Shown here: one piece after another, positions 51,686-61,617 of the stretch
Position numbering within the stretch: position 1 is the first letter of the stretch
How the letters are laid out: each line of letters opens with the position of its first letter
Source: Octopus sinensis
Taxonomy: Eukaryota
Length of the DNA: 64,000 nucleotides
Assembly: GCF_006345805.1 (NCBI RefSeq)
Contig: NC_043005.1
Span: 7,378,001-7,442,000, forward strand
Direction: 5' to 3'
Position numbers and translations under genes: made by a program
The notes under the pieces: generated by a model
Databases searched by the model: none
What the model was told of the DNA's origin: nothing
What the model saw: only the letters and a program-made list of their open reading frames with translations

Positions 51686-52068
51686 AATATCAAATGACAT
51701 TCGTATCAAGGAATACTACTAAATTTAAACCAAAGGAAGATGTATTATATAAAAAAAAGATGTAACCATGTTTATACATATCTATGGAAGAATTACAGTG
51801 AAATATTTTGAGATTATCAACATTTTTCTGCTTTGCTGTTTGGAAAAATGATTTTGCAGTCGAATTAAAGCTGAGCTAATTTGCAAAGGAGTTTACAAAC
51901 ATCTTCAGAGATCATTAAACATCATGTTGTTGGATTGGAAATATTGCAGCTGATACATTTGTTATGAATAAATTATAAAAAGAAAAACAAATATATTCAC
52001 ATATTCTGGTTTATGAAAAAAAGATTATATCGTGAATAAATTTAGTGCAAACTTTTTCCCATGAAGAA
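51686..52068 (+). other. ZNF-C 5' leader (acceptor at 51684-51685; uATG at 51694)
   Basis: cctctcatatttcag|AATATCAAATG, homologous to the ZNF-A and ZNF-B acceptors. Confidence 0.65.
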
Positions 52069-53448
52069 ATGCCAAAAACATTAACAACATCATCATACTT
52101 CTGTGATATCTGCGGTAAATCGTTCTCTCAAAAAGGTAACCTTACTAAACATAAACGTATTCATACCGGAGAGAAGCCCTATCAGTGCGATGTCTGTAGT
52201 AAATCATTCCCTCAAAATGATCATTTAATTACTCACAGACGTATTCATACAGGAGAAAAACCATACCACTGTGAGATCTGTGGTAAAGCATTCTCTGCAA
52301 GAAGTAGTTTAATTAGTCACATACATATTCATACAGGAGAACACCCATATCACTGTGATATCTGTGGTAAAACATTTTCTTCAAGTAGTAACTCAACTAT
52401 ACACAAACGCATTCATACAGGAGAGAAGCCATATCACTGTGATATCTGTGGCAAATCATTCGCTCGAAATGATCACTTAATTAAGCACAAACGTGTTCAT
52501 ACAGGAGAGAAACCTTATCAATGTGATATCTGTGGTAAATCATTTTCTCACAGAAATTCTTTAGCTACTCACAAGCACATTCATACTGGAGAGAAACCAT
52601 ATCACTGTGATATGTGTGGTAAATCATTTTCTCATATAGCTAGCTTAACTCTCCACAAACGTACTCATACAGGAGAGAAACCATATCACTGTGATATCTG
52701 CGGTAAATCATTCTCTGGTAGAAGTCAATTAACTGCTCACAAACGTATTCATACTGGTGAGAGCCCATATCACTGTGATATCTGCGGTAAATCATTCACT
52801 AGAAGTGTTGACTTGAGTAAACATAAGCGTATTCATACAGGAGAAAAGCCATATCACTGTGATATTTGTGGTAAATCATTCTCTGAAAGTAGTTATTCAA
52901 CTACACACAGACGGATTCATACAGGAGAAAGACCATATCACTGTGATATCTGTGGTAAATCATTCTATGGAAGCAGTCATTTAACTAAACACAAACGCAT
53001 TCATACAGGAGAGAAGCCATATCCATGTGATATCTGTGGTAAAGCATTCTCTAGAAGTGGTGACTTGACTAAACACAAACGAATTCATACAGGAGAGAAA
53101 CCGTATTGCTGTCACATCTGTGGTAAATCATTCTCTCTAAATGGTGATTTAACTAAACACAAACGCATTCATACAGGAGAGAAACCATATCATTGTGATA
53201 TCTGTGGTAAATCATTCTCTGAAGGAAGTTATTCAATTAGGCACAAAAGGGTTCACACAGGAGAGAAACCATATCATTGTGGTATCTGTGGTAAATCATT
53301 CTCTCAAAAAGGTCATTTAACTACTCACATGCGCATTCATACAGGAGAGAAACCATATCATTGCGATGTCTGTGATAAATCATTCCCCCAAAAAAGTCAC
53401 TTAAATGCACATGCATGTATCTACATGGAAGAGAAATTACACATTTAG
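52069..53448 (+). CDS. Tandem C2H2 zinc-finger protein (ZNF-C), 459 aa from MPKTLTT, 16 fingers, last one degenerate
   Basis: Intact ORF. The first ATG is at 52069; the track's start at 52045 is a GTG. The last finger ends HACIY. Confidence 0.95.
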   Translation: MPKTLTTSSYFCDICGKSFSQKGNLTKHKRIHTGEKPYQCDVCSKSFPQNDHLITHRRIHTGEKPYHCEICGKAFSARSSLISHIHIHTGEHPYHCDICGKTFSSSSNSTIHKRIHTGEKPYHCDICGKSFARNDHLIKHKRVHTGEKPYQCDICGKSFSHRNSLATHKHIHTGEKPYHCDMCGKSFSHIASLTLHKRTHTGEKPYHCDICGKSFSGRSQLTAHKRIHTGESPYHCDICGKSFTRSVDLSKHKRIHTGEKPYHCDICGKSFSESSYSTTHRRIHTGERPYHCDICGKSFYGSSHLTKHKRIHTGEKPYPCDICGKAFSRSGDLTKHKRIHTGEKPYCCHICGKSFSLNGDLTKHKRIHTGEKPYHCDICGKSFSEGSYSIRHKRVHTGEKPYHCGICGKSFSQKGHLTTHMRIHTGEKPYHCDVCDKSFPQKSHLNAHACIYMEEKLHI

Positions 53449-53458
53449 TGGCTGTTAA

Positions 53459-53678
53459 CCCTTTTGTTACTGTATTTATTTTGAGATGCTCTGTGTTTCT
53501 TTCAATTACTTTAAATATAACAAAGAATTTAGTAAAATAACTCAGTTATCATTCAGCTAGTGTTAGGAACATAAATTGTGACTAAGGTTTGGTGGGAGAT
53601 TTTAATTCAAAACTTATGAAAACAAGACATTTGCACTCAGATCCAGGGCCGGTTTCAGCCGGGTTGGTCACAAAAGGG
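53459..53678. mobile_element. piggyBac-like MITE family 1, immediately after the ZNF-C stop codon
   Basis: TTAA at 53455-53458 and 53679-53682; reverse orientation of 9937-10148. Confidence 0.85.
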
Positions 53679-54295
53679 TTAAAGGACATTCTGTAGTAAA
53701 ATTATTTTATCTAACCATGCATTTATTTATACAGGAAAGAAAAGGCTGTGCTTATATTTTATGTAATTTCTACTATAGTAAGAAAACATAGCATTGTGTT
53801 ATTTGTAATAAAAGCATTCTTCCAGGATATTCACAATAATTTCACCTAACATATTTTCAGAAGATAGAAAAGACACCTTTGATATTTGACATTGTTGGTA
53901 CACCTATGAACTTATTCAATGTTCAGTGCACCATATGCACTACTTAATTTTTGTTCAAATTATTTTTCTCATAAGTATAATTATTAATGTTTTGAATAGT
54001 GACACTTTCTTGTGGAGTAATCAAGGAACGTTGTCAGGAAAAAGATTGTGTGCAGAAATGTAACCAATAGAATAGGTAGAAAAGAGGATTTATTAAGAGT
54101 AACTAGAGAGAGAGAAAAGAATGTATGAAGTTGGAAACTGTGATAATGTGTAATAAGAAATGAAAGTCTAGGAGTAATGATGAGAGGCAAGATATAATGA
54201 AATATGTAATAAAGGAGAGACACTGGTAGCAGCTGCATGTTTGCATGTAAAAGAGGACAAATGATGGATGTAGAAGTAGTGTTCAGAGCGTGTTC

Positions 54296-54965
54296 ATCAT
54301 CATCGTTTAACGTCCGCTTTCCATGCTAGCATGGGTTGGACGGTTCAACTGGGGATCTGGGAAGCCAGAAGGCTGCACCAGGCCAGTCAGATCTAGCAGA
54401 TTTTCTACAGCTGGATGCCCTTCCTAACACCAACCACTCCGTGAGTGTAGTGGGTGCTTTTTATGTGCCACCGACACAGGTGCCAGACGAGGCTGCGAAC
54501 GGCCACGCTCGGATGGTGTTTTTTTGTGCCACCGACACAGGTGCCTGAACGAGGCTGGCGAACGGCCACGCTCAGATGGTGTTTGTTACGTGCCCACAGC
54601 ACAGAGGCTGGCACAGCCACGATCGGATGGTGTTTGTTACGTACCACCAGCACGGAGGCCAGTCGATGCGGTACTGGCTACGGCCACATTCGGATTGTCT
54701 TATGTTCCACCAGCACTGGTACCACAAAAATACAAATTCCATTGATGTTCATCGATTTTGATTTGATTTGATTTTCACTTGCCTCAACAGGTCTTCACAA
54801 GTAGAGTTATGTGTCCCAAGAAGAAAGGTATGCACAGGTGGACTGACTACGTCCCAGGTAGGGGCCATGGGTTATGGCCTCACGTGTCCTGCCGGGTCTT
54901 CTCACGCACAGCATACTTCCAAAGGTCTCGGTTTCTGGTCATTTCCTCGGTGAGACCTAAAGCAC
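54296..54965 (-). mobile_element. RTE 3' fragment with about five tandem units and an ORF-end remnant
   Basis: (CAT)n, family body, divergent unit array. Confidence 0.85.
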
Positions 54966-55304
54966 GAATGTTGGATGTCAGTAATAAGTGATCTGGGGTA
55001 GAGGGTGTAGCAGTGTACAAATTTTGAGGTAATACTAAATATTAAAGGAGAACATGCATGATGGTAAGACTGACCTGAGGGAATGCTTGCAGCAAATGGC
55101 GAGGTACACCAGTTACCAGCAGATCCAAAGCAATTCCTCATTACTCTGGCGGCATTGTGATTGGGGAGAGGCACTTGTGGCAGCCACGTTTGTTGATGAA
55201 TGTTGAGTAGTTGTAGAAATGACAGATGGCATGGTGCAGTGAACAGGGAAAGGAAACAGCAGAAAGACTCAGCAGGAAAATAGGTTGAATACCCCAGTTA
55301 TATA

Positions 55305-55706
55305 GGCGCAGGAGTGGCTGTGTGGTAAGTAGCTTGCTTAAGAACCACATGGTTCCGGGTTCAGTCCCACTGTGTGGCACCTTATGTAAGTGTCTACTAT
55401 AGCCTTGGGCCGACCAAAGTCTTATGAGTGGATTTGGTAGACGGAAACTGAAAGAAGCCCGTCGTATATATATATATATATGTACGTGCGTGTTTGTGTG
55501 TCTATTTGTCCTCCCAACATCGCTTGACAACCGATGCTGGTGTGTTTACGTCCCCGTAACTTAGCGGTTCAGCAAAAAAGAGACCGATAAAATAAGTACT
55601 AGGCTTACAAAGAATATGCCCTGGGGTCGATTTGATCGACTAAAGGCGGTGCTCCAGCATGGCCACAGTCACATGACTGAAACAAGTAAAAGAGAGAGTA
55701 AAGAGT
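55305..55706 (+). mobile_element. SINE-A, full length
   Basis: Same head, body and tail. Confidence 0.9.
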
Positions 55707-56113
55707 ATATGCATTATTATATATCCCCACCTTTATCACCACATTTTAATGTCTGTTTTGTCCTGTTTGTGTGAGAAGACTTTTTCCTGAGCAGCAACAT
55801 CTTGAACTCAATCTTAACCACTTTGCCCCAAGGCTTTCTTGCTCTCCCTCCTCCACAGGCTCTATTGAAATCAAGTTCACTTTTATATTTCTCTCAAAAT
55901 ATCAAAATTTGACATGAAATGCAACTTGACATTTTTCATTTTCATTTTAAAACTGGCTACATAAATTGGCTTACATTCATTTTCTGTTTATTGACAAATC
56001 AAATGAGTAATTTATCACTTTTCTTTGGTTGAAACACTCTTTTGACAGCCTTTAACAGTGGACTGATGGGAAAGATTTAGTAAACAAGAAGGGATCAAGA
56101 TGTTTGCTATATA

Positions 56114-57730
56114 TACCTAAAACCACGCTAATAGCTTAAGAGTGAAATTTAGGATTTCTCCATTTTCTGTGAATCGATTTTGATAAAAGTTTTCCCTGAT
56201 GGTTTGCACACTATTGCAACACTATTGTTATTTTTTTCATTATTCTGTGTAGCGTCCTTTCTTTTTTTATTTCCGATTCTTCAGTTTTGGGGTGAACCAC
56301 ACTAATAGCTTTTGAATGAAAATAGCCCATCTAGACATTTTTTCTTTCAGAAAATGAAGGGTAATAATGAATTATTTAGCCACATGAGCACCATTTCAAT
56401 GGATAACTTTTAAAAAAAACCCTATTGGGCATGGAATCTGTCAATTCTGCCTCTGTTGCAGCTTTGATGATCGCCCATAAGACATCTTTCGAAGTAAATT
56501 GGCATCCATCGGCATAAACATCTTGTTTAACCCTTTAGTGTTTGCATTATTCTGCCAAAATTAATGCTTCTTCATCCTCATTGTTTTGAACTTATCATGC
56601 ATTATCTTGTAGCTATGAGATTTTGATGAGGTAGCTGTTAATTTTTAAAACGATATTGTAGGGTTGGTGTAAGAGACCAGATCTGGCCAGTTTGAACATA
56701 AAACAGGCAGAATACTTTTGGCTGGATATGATGGACCAAAGATTTTCAATAGGGTTGAGATCTGGAGATGCTAGCAGCCACGTCTTCAACCTTTCACCTT
56801 TTGTACCGTAAGACCCTAGGAATGTTTGGGTGGTCCTGGCAGAGTGGGAAGGAGTGTTGTCATGCATGAATGTGAGATTCCTTAGAAGTGACAGAAGTAT
56901 ATCATCTTACCAGGGATCCAAAACTTCCTTCAGGAAATTGCAGTGGGTTGCTGGAGTTAATTTAACCTCTTCAAGCACCCTGACTGGGTCAACAAGTCTG
57001 TCTTTAGTGATACCAGACCACAACAGGACTCCTGTACCCTGTTGGCAACGCTCATCTCCAAAATTGACCCGACCATTTGCCCAACCATCAGGTTGATCAA
57101 GGGTCACCCTGGTTTTGTCAGTGAGCAGAACATTCATGTCTAACATCGTATTCTTTTGGGCCATTTGAAGCCTCAGACTCCTGTGGGGAGGCAGTTTCAG
57201 GGGTTTTCACACAGAAGCCATAGTTCAGAGGATGGGACTTCTGGTGGTTTTCAGTCCACAAGGAAGTCCAGGGGTGGAGAAAATGGCTTTACTCATTTGT
57301 CCAGGTTTCTCAGCTAACTTGCAGCCAATATTCCTTAAATCCCTAGCTGTTACAGTCTTGGCTGTCCCACAATTGGATCATTTCTTCCTTGGCACTTATG
57401 TGGCTAAATAATTCATTATGTCAATAAATTTTATAATATGGTTTTCTGTTAAATATATACTCAATGTATGCTTAATATGTACCATTGCCCTTCATTTTCT
57501 GAAAAAAAAATGTCTAGATGGGCTATTTTCATTCAAAAGCTATTAGCATGGTTCACCCAAAAACTGAAGAATCTGAAATAAAAAAGAAAGGATGTTACAC
57601 AGAATAATGAAAACTTAGCAATGGTGTTGCCATAGTGTGAAAACCAGCAGGGAAAAGTTTTATCAAAATTGATTCACAGAAAACCGAGAAATCTTGAATC
57701 TCACTAAGCAATTAGTTGTGGTTCTGGGTG
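56114..57730 (-). mobile_element. Tc1-like element with long (about 280-bp) IR/DR termini and a decayed transposase
   Basis: 56114-56395 is the inverted counterpart of about 57385-57730. Direct repeat ccac(g/a)ctaatagctt lies inside the IR. Motifs MHDNTPSH and SPDLNPIENLWSII. Confidence 0.85.
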
Positions 57731-58774
57731 TTGTGACTACATATAGCTGAGTAGGACTGATGTACTATGAGAACATTTGGGACTTGATGTAACTGATGTA
57801 TATACTGGTGTAGTTGAAACGCAATTCTTGTTCCCCTCAGTTAGATCTCAGTTATGAGAGCAAAGTAGTTTACCATAAGTATTGGTTCAGACAAGCAGAG
57901 AAGGGTGGGGGATTGGATTGGAGAGTATTGCAGTGGCCGAGGAAATATAGGGCCCAAGAGACTGATGAGAAGTAACTGTAAATGATTTAATAACTATATT
58001 TAATATGTACACAAATACCTGATGATTACATGATCTTCATTCTCATCAGGTAAAGAATGCCATTCAATGTAAATCAGTGGTTAGTGACTTTAGAATAAAA
58101 ACTAGAAGGAAGACAGGGAAACTGAAAGAATCTTCAATTGGTAAAAGTTTCAGTCAAGGTTTGATTGGCATTTATGAGAGAAAGGAGTAAATGATAAAAT
58201 AGTATTGTGGGTGGTTTGAGCTGTGAAAGAGACTGGAAGGAGAGAGCAGAACCAAGAGAAGATATTGAGTATATATTTTTAAAAGAAAAAGTAGAATGAG
58301 AAGCTGTTGGATGGGGAAAGAGAATCTGCTCCAAGGAGTCAGTGTGATTTAGGATGTGAAAGCAGATGGTCCATGAAGAATAGTTGAGATTCATAAAATA
58401 TCTGAAGAAAGGTACAGGTTAGACTCTTAAATAAGATGATACAGGAAGGTGTTACACTGGTATAAAAGTATTATTTTCAACTTTTACGAGGGCAAAAGAA
58501 ATGCACAAGAAAAGGGAAATTACAGAGGAATGAAATTGTTGGAACAGGTTACGAAAGTTATTAGAAGAGTTATAGCAAGCTTTAGGGAAAGAACTAGTCT
58601 TTGCAGTTTGGATTTGTGCCTGTAAGAGATACTATTAATGCCATATTCCTGGTTATACAATTGAAAAAGTTTGCTGGTAGTAAGCTGTTGTATTTAACAT
58701 TCATTGACCTAGAGAAGTACTTTGACAATTCCATACCCTAATATGGTAATTACTGCATAAACTTTTTTCTACTC

Positions 58775-58965
58775 TAGGCACAAGGCCCGAAATTTTGGAG
58801 GAGAGGGGGCGGTCAATTAGATCGACCCCAGTACGCAACTGGCACTTAATCTATTGACCCCAAAAGGATGAAAGGCAAAGTCGACCTCGGCAGAATTTGA
58901 ACTCAGAACGAAATACCGCTAAGTATTTTGCCCAGTGTGCTAACGTTTCTGCCAGCTCACCACCT
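58775..58965 (-). mobile_element. SINE-B
   Basis: Family body. Confidence 0.85.
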
Positions 58966-59689
58966 TGGTTACTACATAAACTAATAGCATGTAAGAGCTG
59001 TGCAAACCATGTGCTGAGGTGTAGTTGACAATGTATGAGTAAAGGATATAGCAATTAGCAAAAACTAAAGATTTGATAAGCAGAGAAGACAGGACTATGC
59101 TGTCATCAAGGAAATAACTTTGATATCAGAAATTCTATATTGTGCACCTGCTGTACATTATGGATGCGTAAGTGGTATAGTAGGATCATAGAGGCAGGTT
59201 AATGGAGAAAGTAGATACACAGTAGCAAAGTATCTACAGAAGAAATGGTTCCCTGAACTTCTTTGAACTCAGTGTGACAAAGTTGATACACAGTAGCAGC
59301 ATATACAAAGGATACATGTAAAACAAAATTCTTTCAATGAATAGTAGGCACCCCACAAAAACAGACCAGCTTTGTTGCCTAGATAGCCTAATTAGCAAAA
59401 GAAGTGGGTGTTCTAAAAACGTAGCAGCCTGTCACAGTGAGTTGAAAGAAGTTAAGGGAACTATTACTTCTGTTGGTAATAAATGACAAATGAATTGAGT
59501 ATAATTCACTTAATGTGTGGATGTTAAGTGTGCATGAAAGACAACACAAATGAACTGAGAGAAAACAGAATGTTAAGGAAATCGAATGTAGTGTGCTAGA
59601 GAGAAGACTGTACATGTAATGAGTATGGAAGAGGACAGCTGTATGGGGAAGTGCAGAGTGCTCAAAGTAAAAAGAATCTGAGGAAGGTA

Positions 59690-59925
59690 CCGGCGAGCTG
59701 GCTAAGGCAGTGAGCTAGCAGAATCGTTAGCATGCCGGGCGAAATGCTTAGCAGTATTTCGTCTGCCGTTACGTTGTGAGTTCAAATTCCGCCGAGGTCG
59801 ACTTTGCCTTTCATCCTTTTGGGGTCGATAAATTAAGTACCAGTTACGCACTGGGGTCGATGTAATCGACTTAATACATATGTCTGTCCTTGTTTAGCCC
59901 CTTATGGGTAATAAAGAAATAGGTA
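59690..59925 (+). mobile_element. SINE-B with a doubled head
   Basis: cggcgagctggctaaggcagtgagctagcagaatcg... through the tail. Confidence 0.85.
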
Positions 59926-60559
59926 CTGGATGAAGTAGTGAAGACTGATCTCAGAACGCTGAATCTTATGAAGATGACAAACCATAATGACAGAGTATCC
60001 ACAGTACCAGAGAATACCAACCTTCTTGCGCAAGCTTGGTGAAACGAAGGTTAAAATAGTAGAAATAATGAAAATTGCAATCTACAAATATATTTTTCTC
60101 CTATCTTTTTCCTGTTGTTTCTCCATTTACTCTCAACTTACTTCTTTGATACCTCTAAGTCTCTCAGCCATAGCAATCATGGGCGGCGTTTCTTTCACTA
60201 ATAGTTTATAGTACTTGCTCACTGTCTTTTAAAATGTATACCCTTATGAAAAGAGAATGCAATCAAATTTTAGTATAAACGTGATTTTGATCCCTCATGT
60301 TTATAAAACCAAGTCTAGACAATGACAAATTACGACGTTTGGCGGTACAAAGATAAACAGAGAGAGAGAGAGAGAGAGAGTAAATAACATGGATAAAAAT
60401 TTGTAGGGGTAAGTGTGTGAAAGGATTAGAATGAATATGATTAAATTATATTTCCTGAAAAGTATGGATTTAGATACAGAAATTAAATGATGACAGAATG
60501 AGACGGGGTGGGGTGACTAGCAGAAACAGAACCTTGCAGGGTGCAGAATTGGTGTAGAC

Positions 60560-61309
60560 CAGGGATGGGAAAACTTCAGCAGTGCAGCAGTAAAAAATTT
60601 CCAAAGAAAAAAGTCAGCGGGCGGGTCACAAGTTCTAATTCATATCTGTGTAAACCTTGTATATATCTAAGTATAATTCGATATACATTAATAATAAGTT
60701 TAACACTTTAAATTAACGCTACCACTGAATTTAGGACGTTTATATTACTTATGATGTATTCCATATTTTTCAGCTATAATGTAGTTGGGTCTCAAGGGGA
60801 TGGTACAAACATGGAAGCACTCCGTCGGTTACGACAACGAGGGTTCCGGTTAATCCGAATCAACGGAACAGCCTGCTCGTGAAATTAACGTGTAAGTGGC
60901 TGAGCACTCCACAGACACGTGTACCCTTAACGTAGTTCTCGGGGATATTCAGCGTGACACAGAGAGTGACCCATCCCTGGTCTACACCAATTCTGCACAA
61001 CAGAAACAGGAAGTAAGAGTGAGAGAAAGTTGTACCATCCCTGCCGGAGTCTCGTGGAGCTTTTAGGTGTTTTCGCTCAATAAACACTCACAACGCCCGG
61101 TCTGGGAATCGAAACCGCGAGTCCGCTGCCCTAACCACTGGGCCATAGCAATGTGTTTAATAGTGATAAATAAAATTTCCATTCAAATATTGTGTAAATT
61201 TTATAATTGAAAACTTTATTTTGTATATACGAGTATATCAGCATGCGGGCACAATAAAATGGGCTCGCGGGCGCAATTGTGCCCCAAGCGGGGGTTTTCC
61301 CCACCCCTG
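60560..61309. mobile_element. hAT-like MITE with a perfect 8-bp TSD GTGTAGAC
   Basis: TSD at 60552-60559 and 61310-61317; TIRs cagggatgggaaaac / gttttccccacccctg. Confidence 0.85.
60817..61150 (-). mobile_element. SINE-D inserted inside a hAT-like MITE
   Basis: Family body with a foreign 29-bp patch at 60970-60998. Confidence 0.85.
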
Positions 61310-61376
61310 GTGTAGACGAATCAGAAATGTTGACATAAAAGAGGTTTTCAATTAAAGAAATTTATAAAATGTATGA

Positions 61377-61500
61377 TACATAGCCATATTAGTTATTAAT
61401 AGACTGAGCAGATCTTCCAACAACTTTATACATGGCGTACATAGCCATATTAGTTATTAATAGACCGAGCAGAACTTCCAACAACTTTATACATGGCGTA
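61377..61500. repeat. Two-copy 61-bp tandem duplication
   Basis: tacatagccatattagttattaatagac...tatacatggcg occurs twice with about two mismatches. Confidence 0.9.
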
Positions 61501-61617
61501 TCCTTTTTCTATGTTAATAAAAACCTCTTTAATGTAGTGAATAGAACGAGCGAACGACATACATTAAGTTGTGATGGGTAGGATTGATGTAGCCGAAGTT
61601 TATACATGAAGAACTCC

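Larger units (their letters stand above)
58430..60010 (+). mobile_element. Scattered old RTE RT fragments with SINE-B insertions
   Basis: NYRGMKLLEQV, QFGFVP and FIDLEK-like remnants. Confidence 0.6.

Noticed and set aside
52045-52068. Track start codons at 52045 (GTG) and 44660 (TTG)
   Set aside because: Non-ATG starts are unlikely here; the homologous ATGs at 52069, 44636 and 31045 align across the three paralogues.
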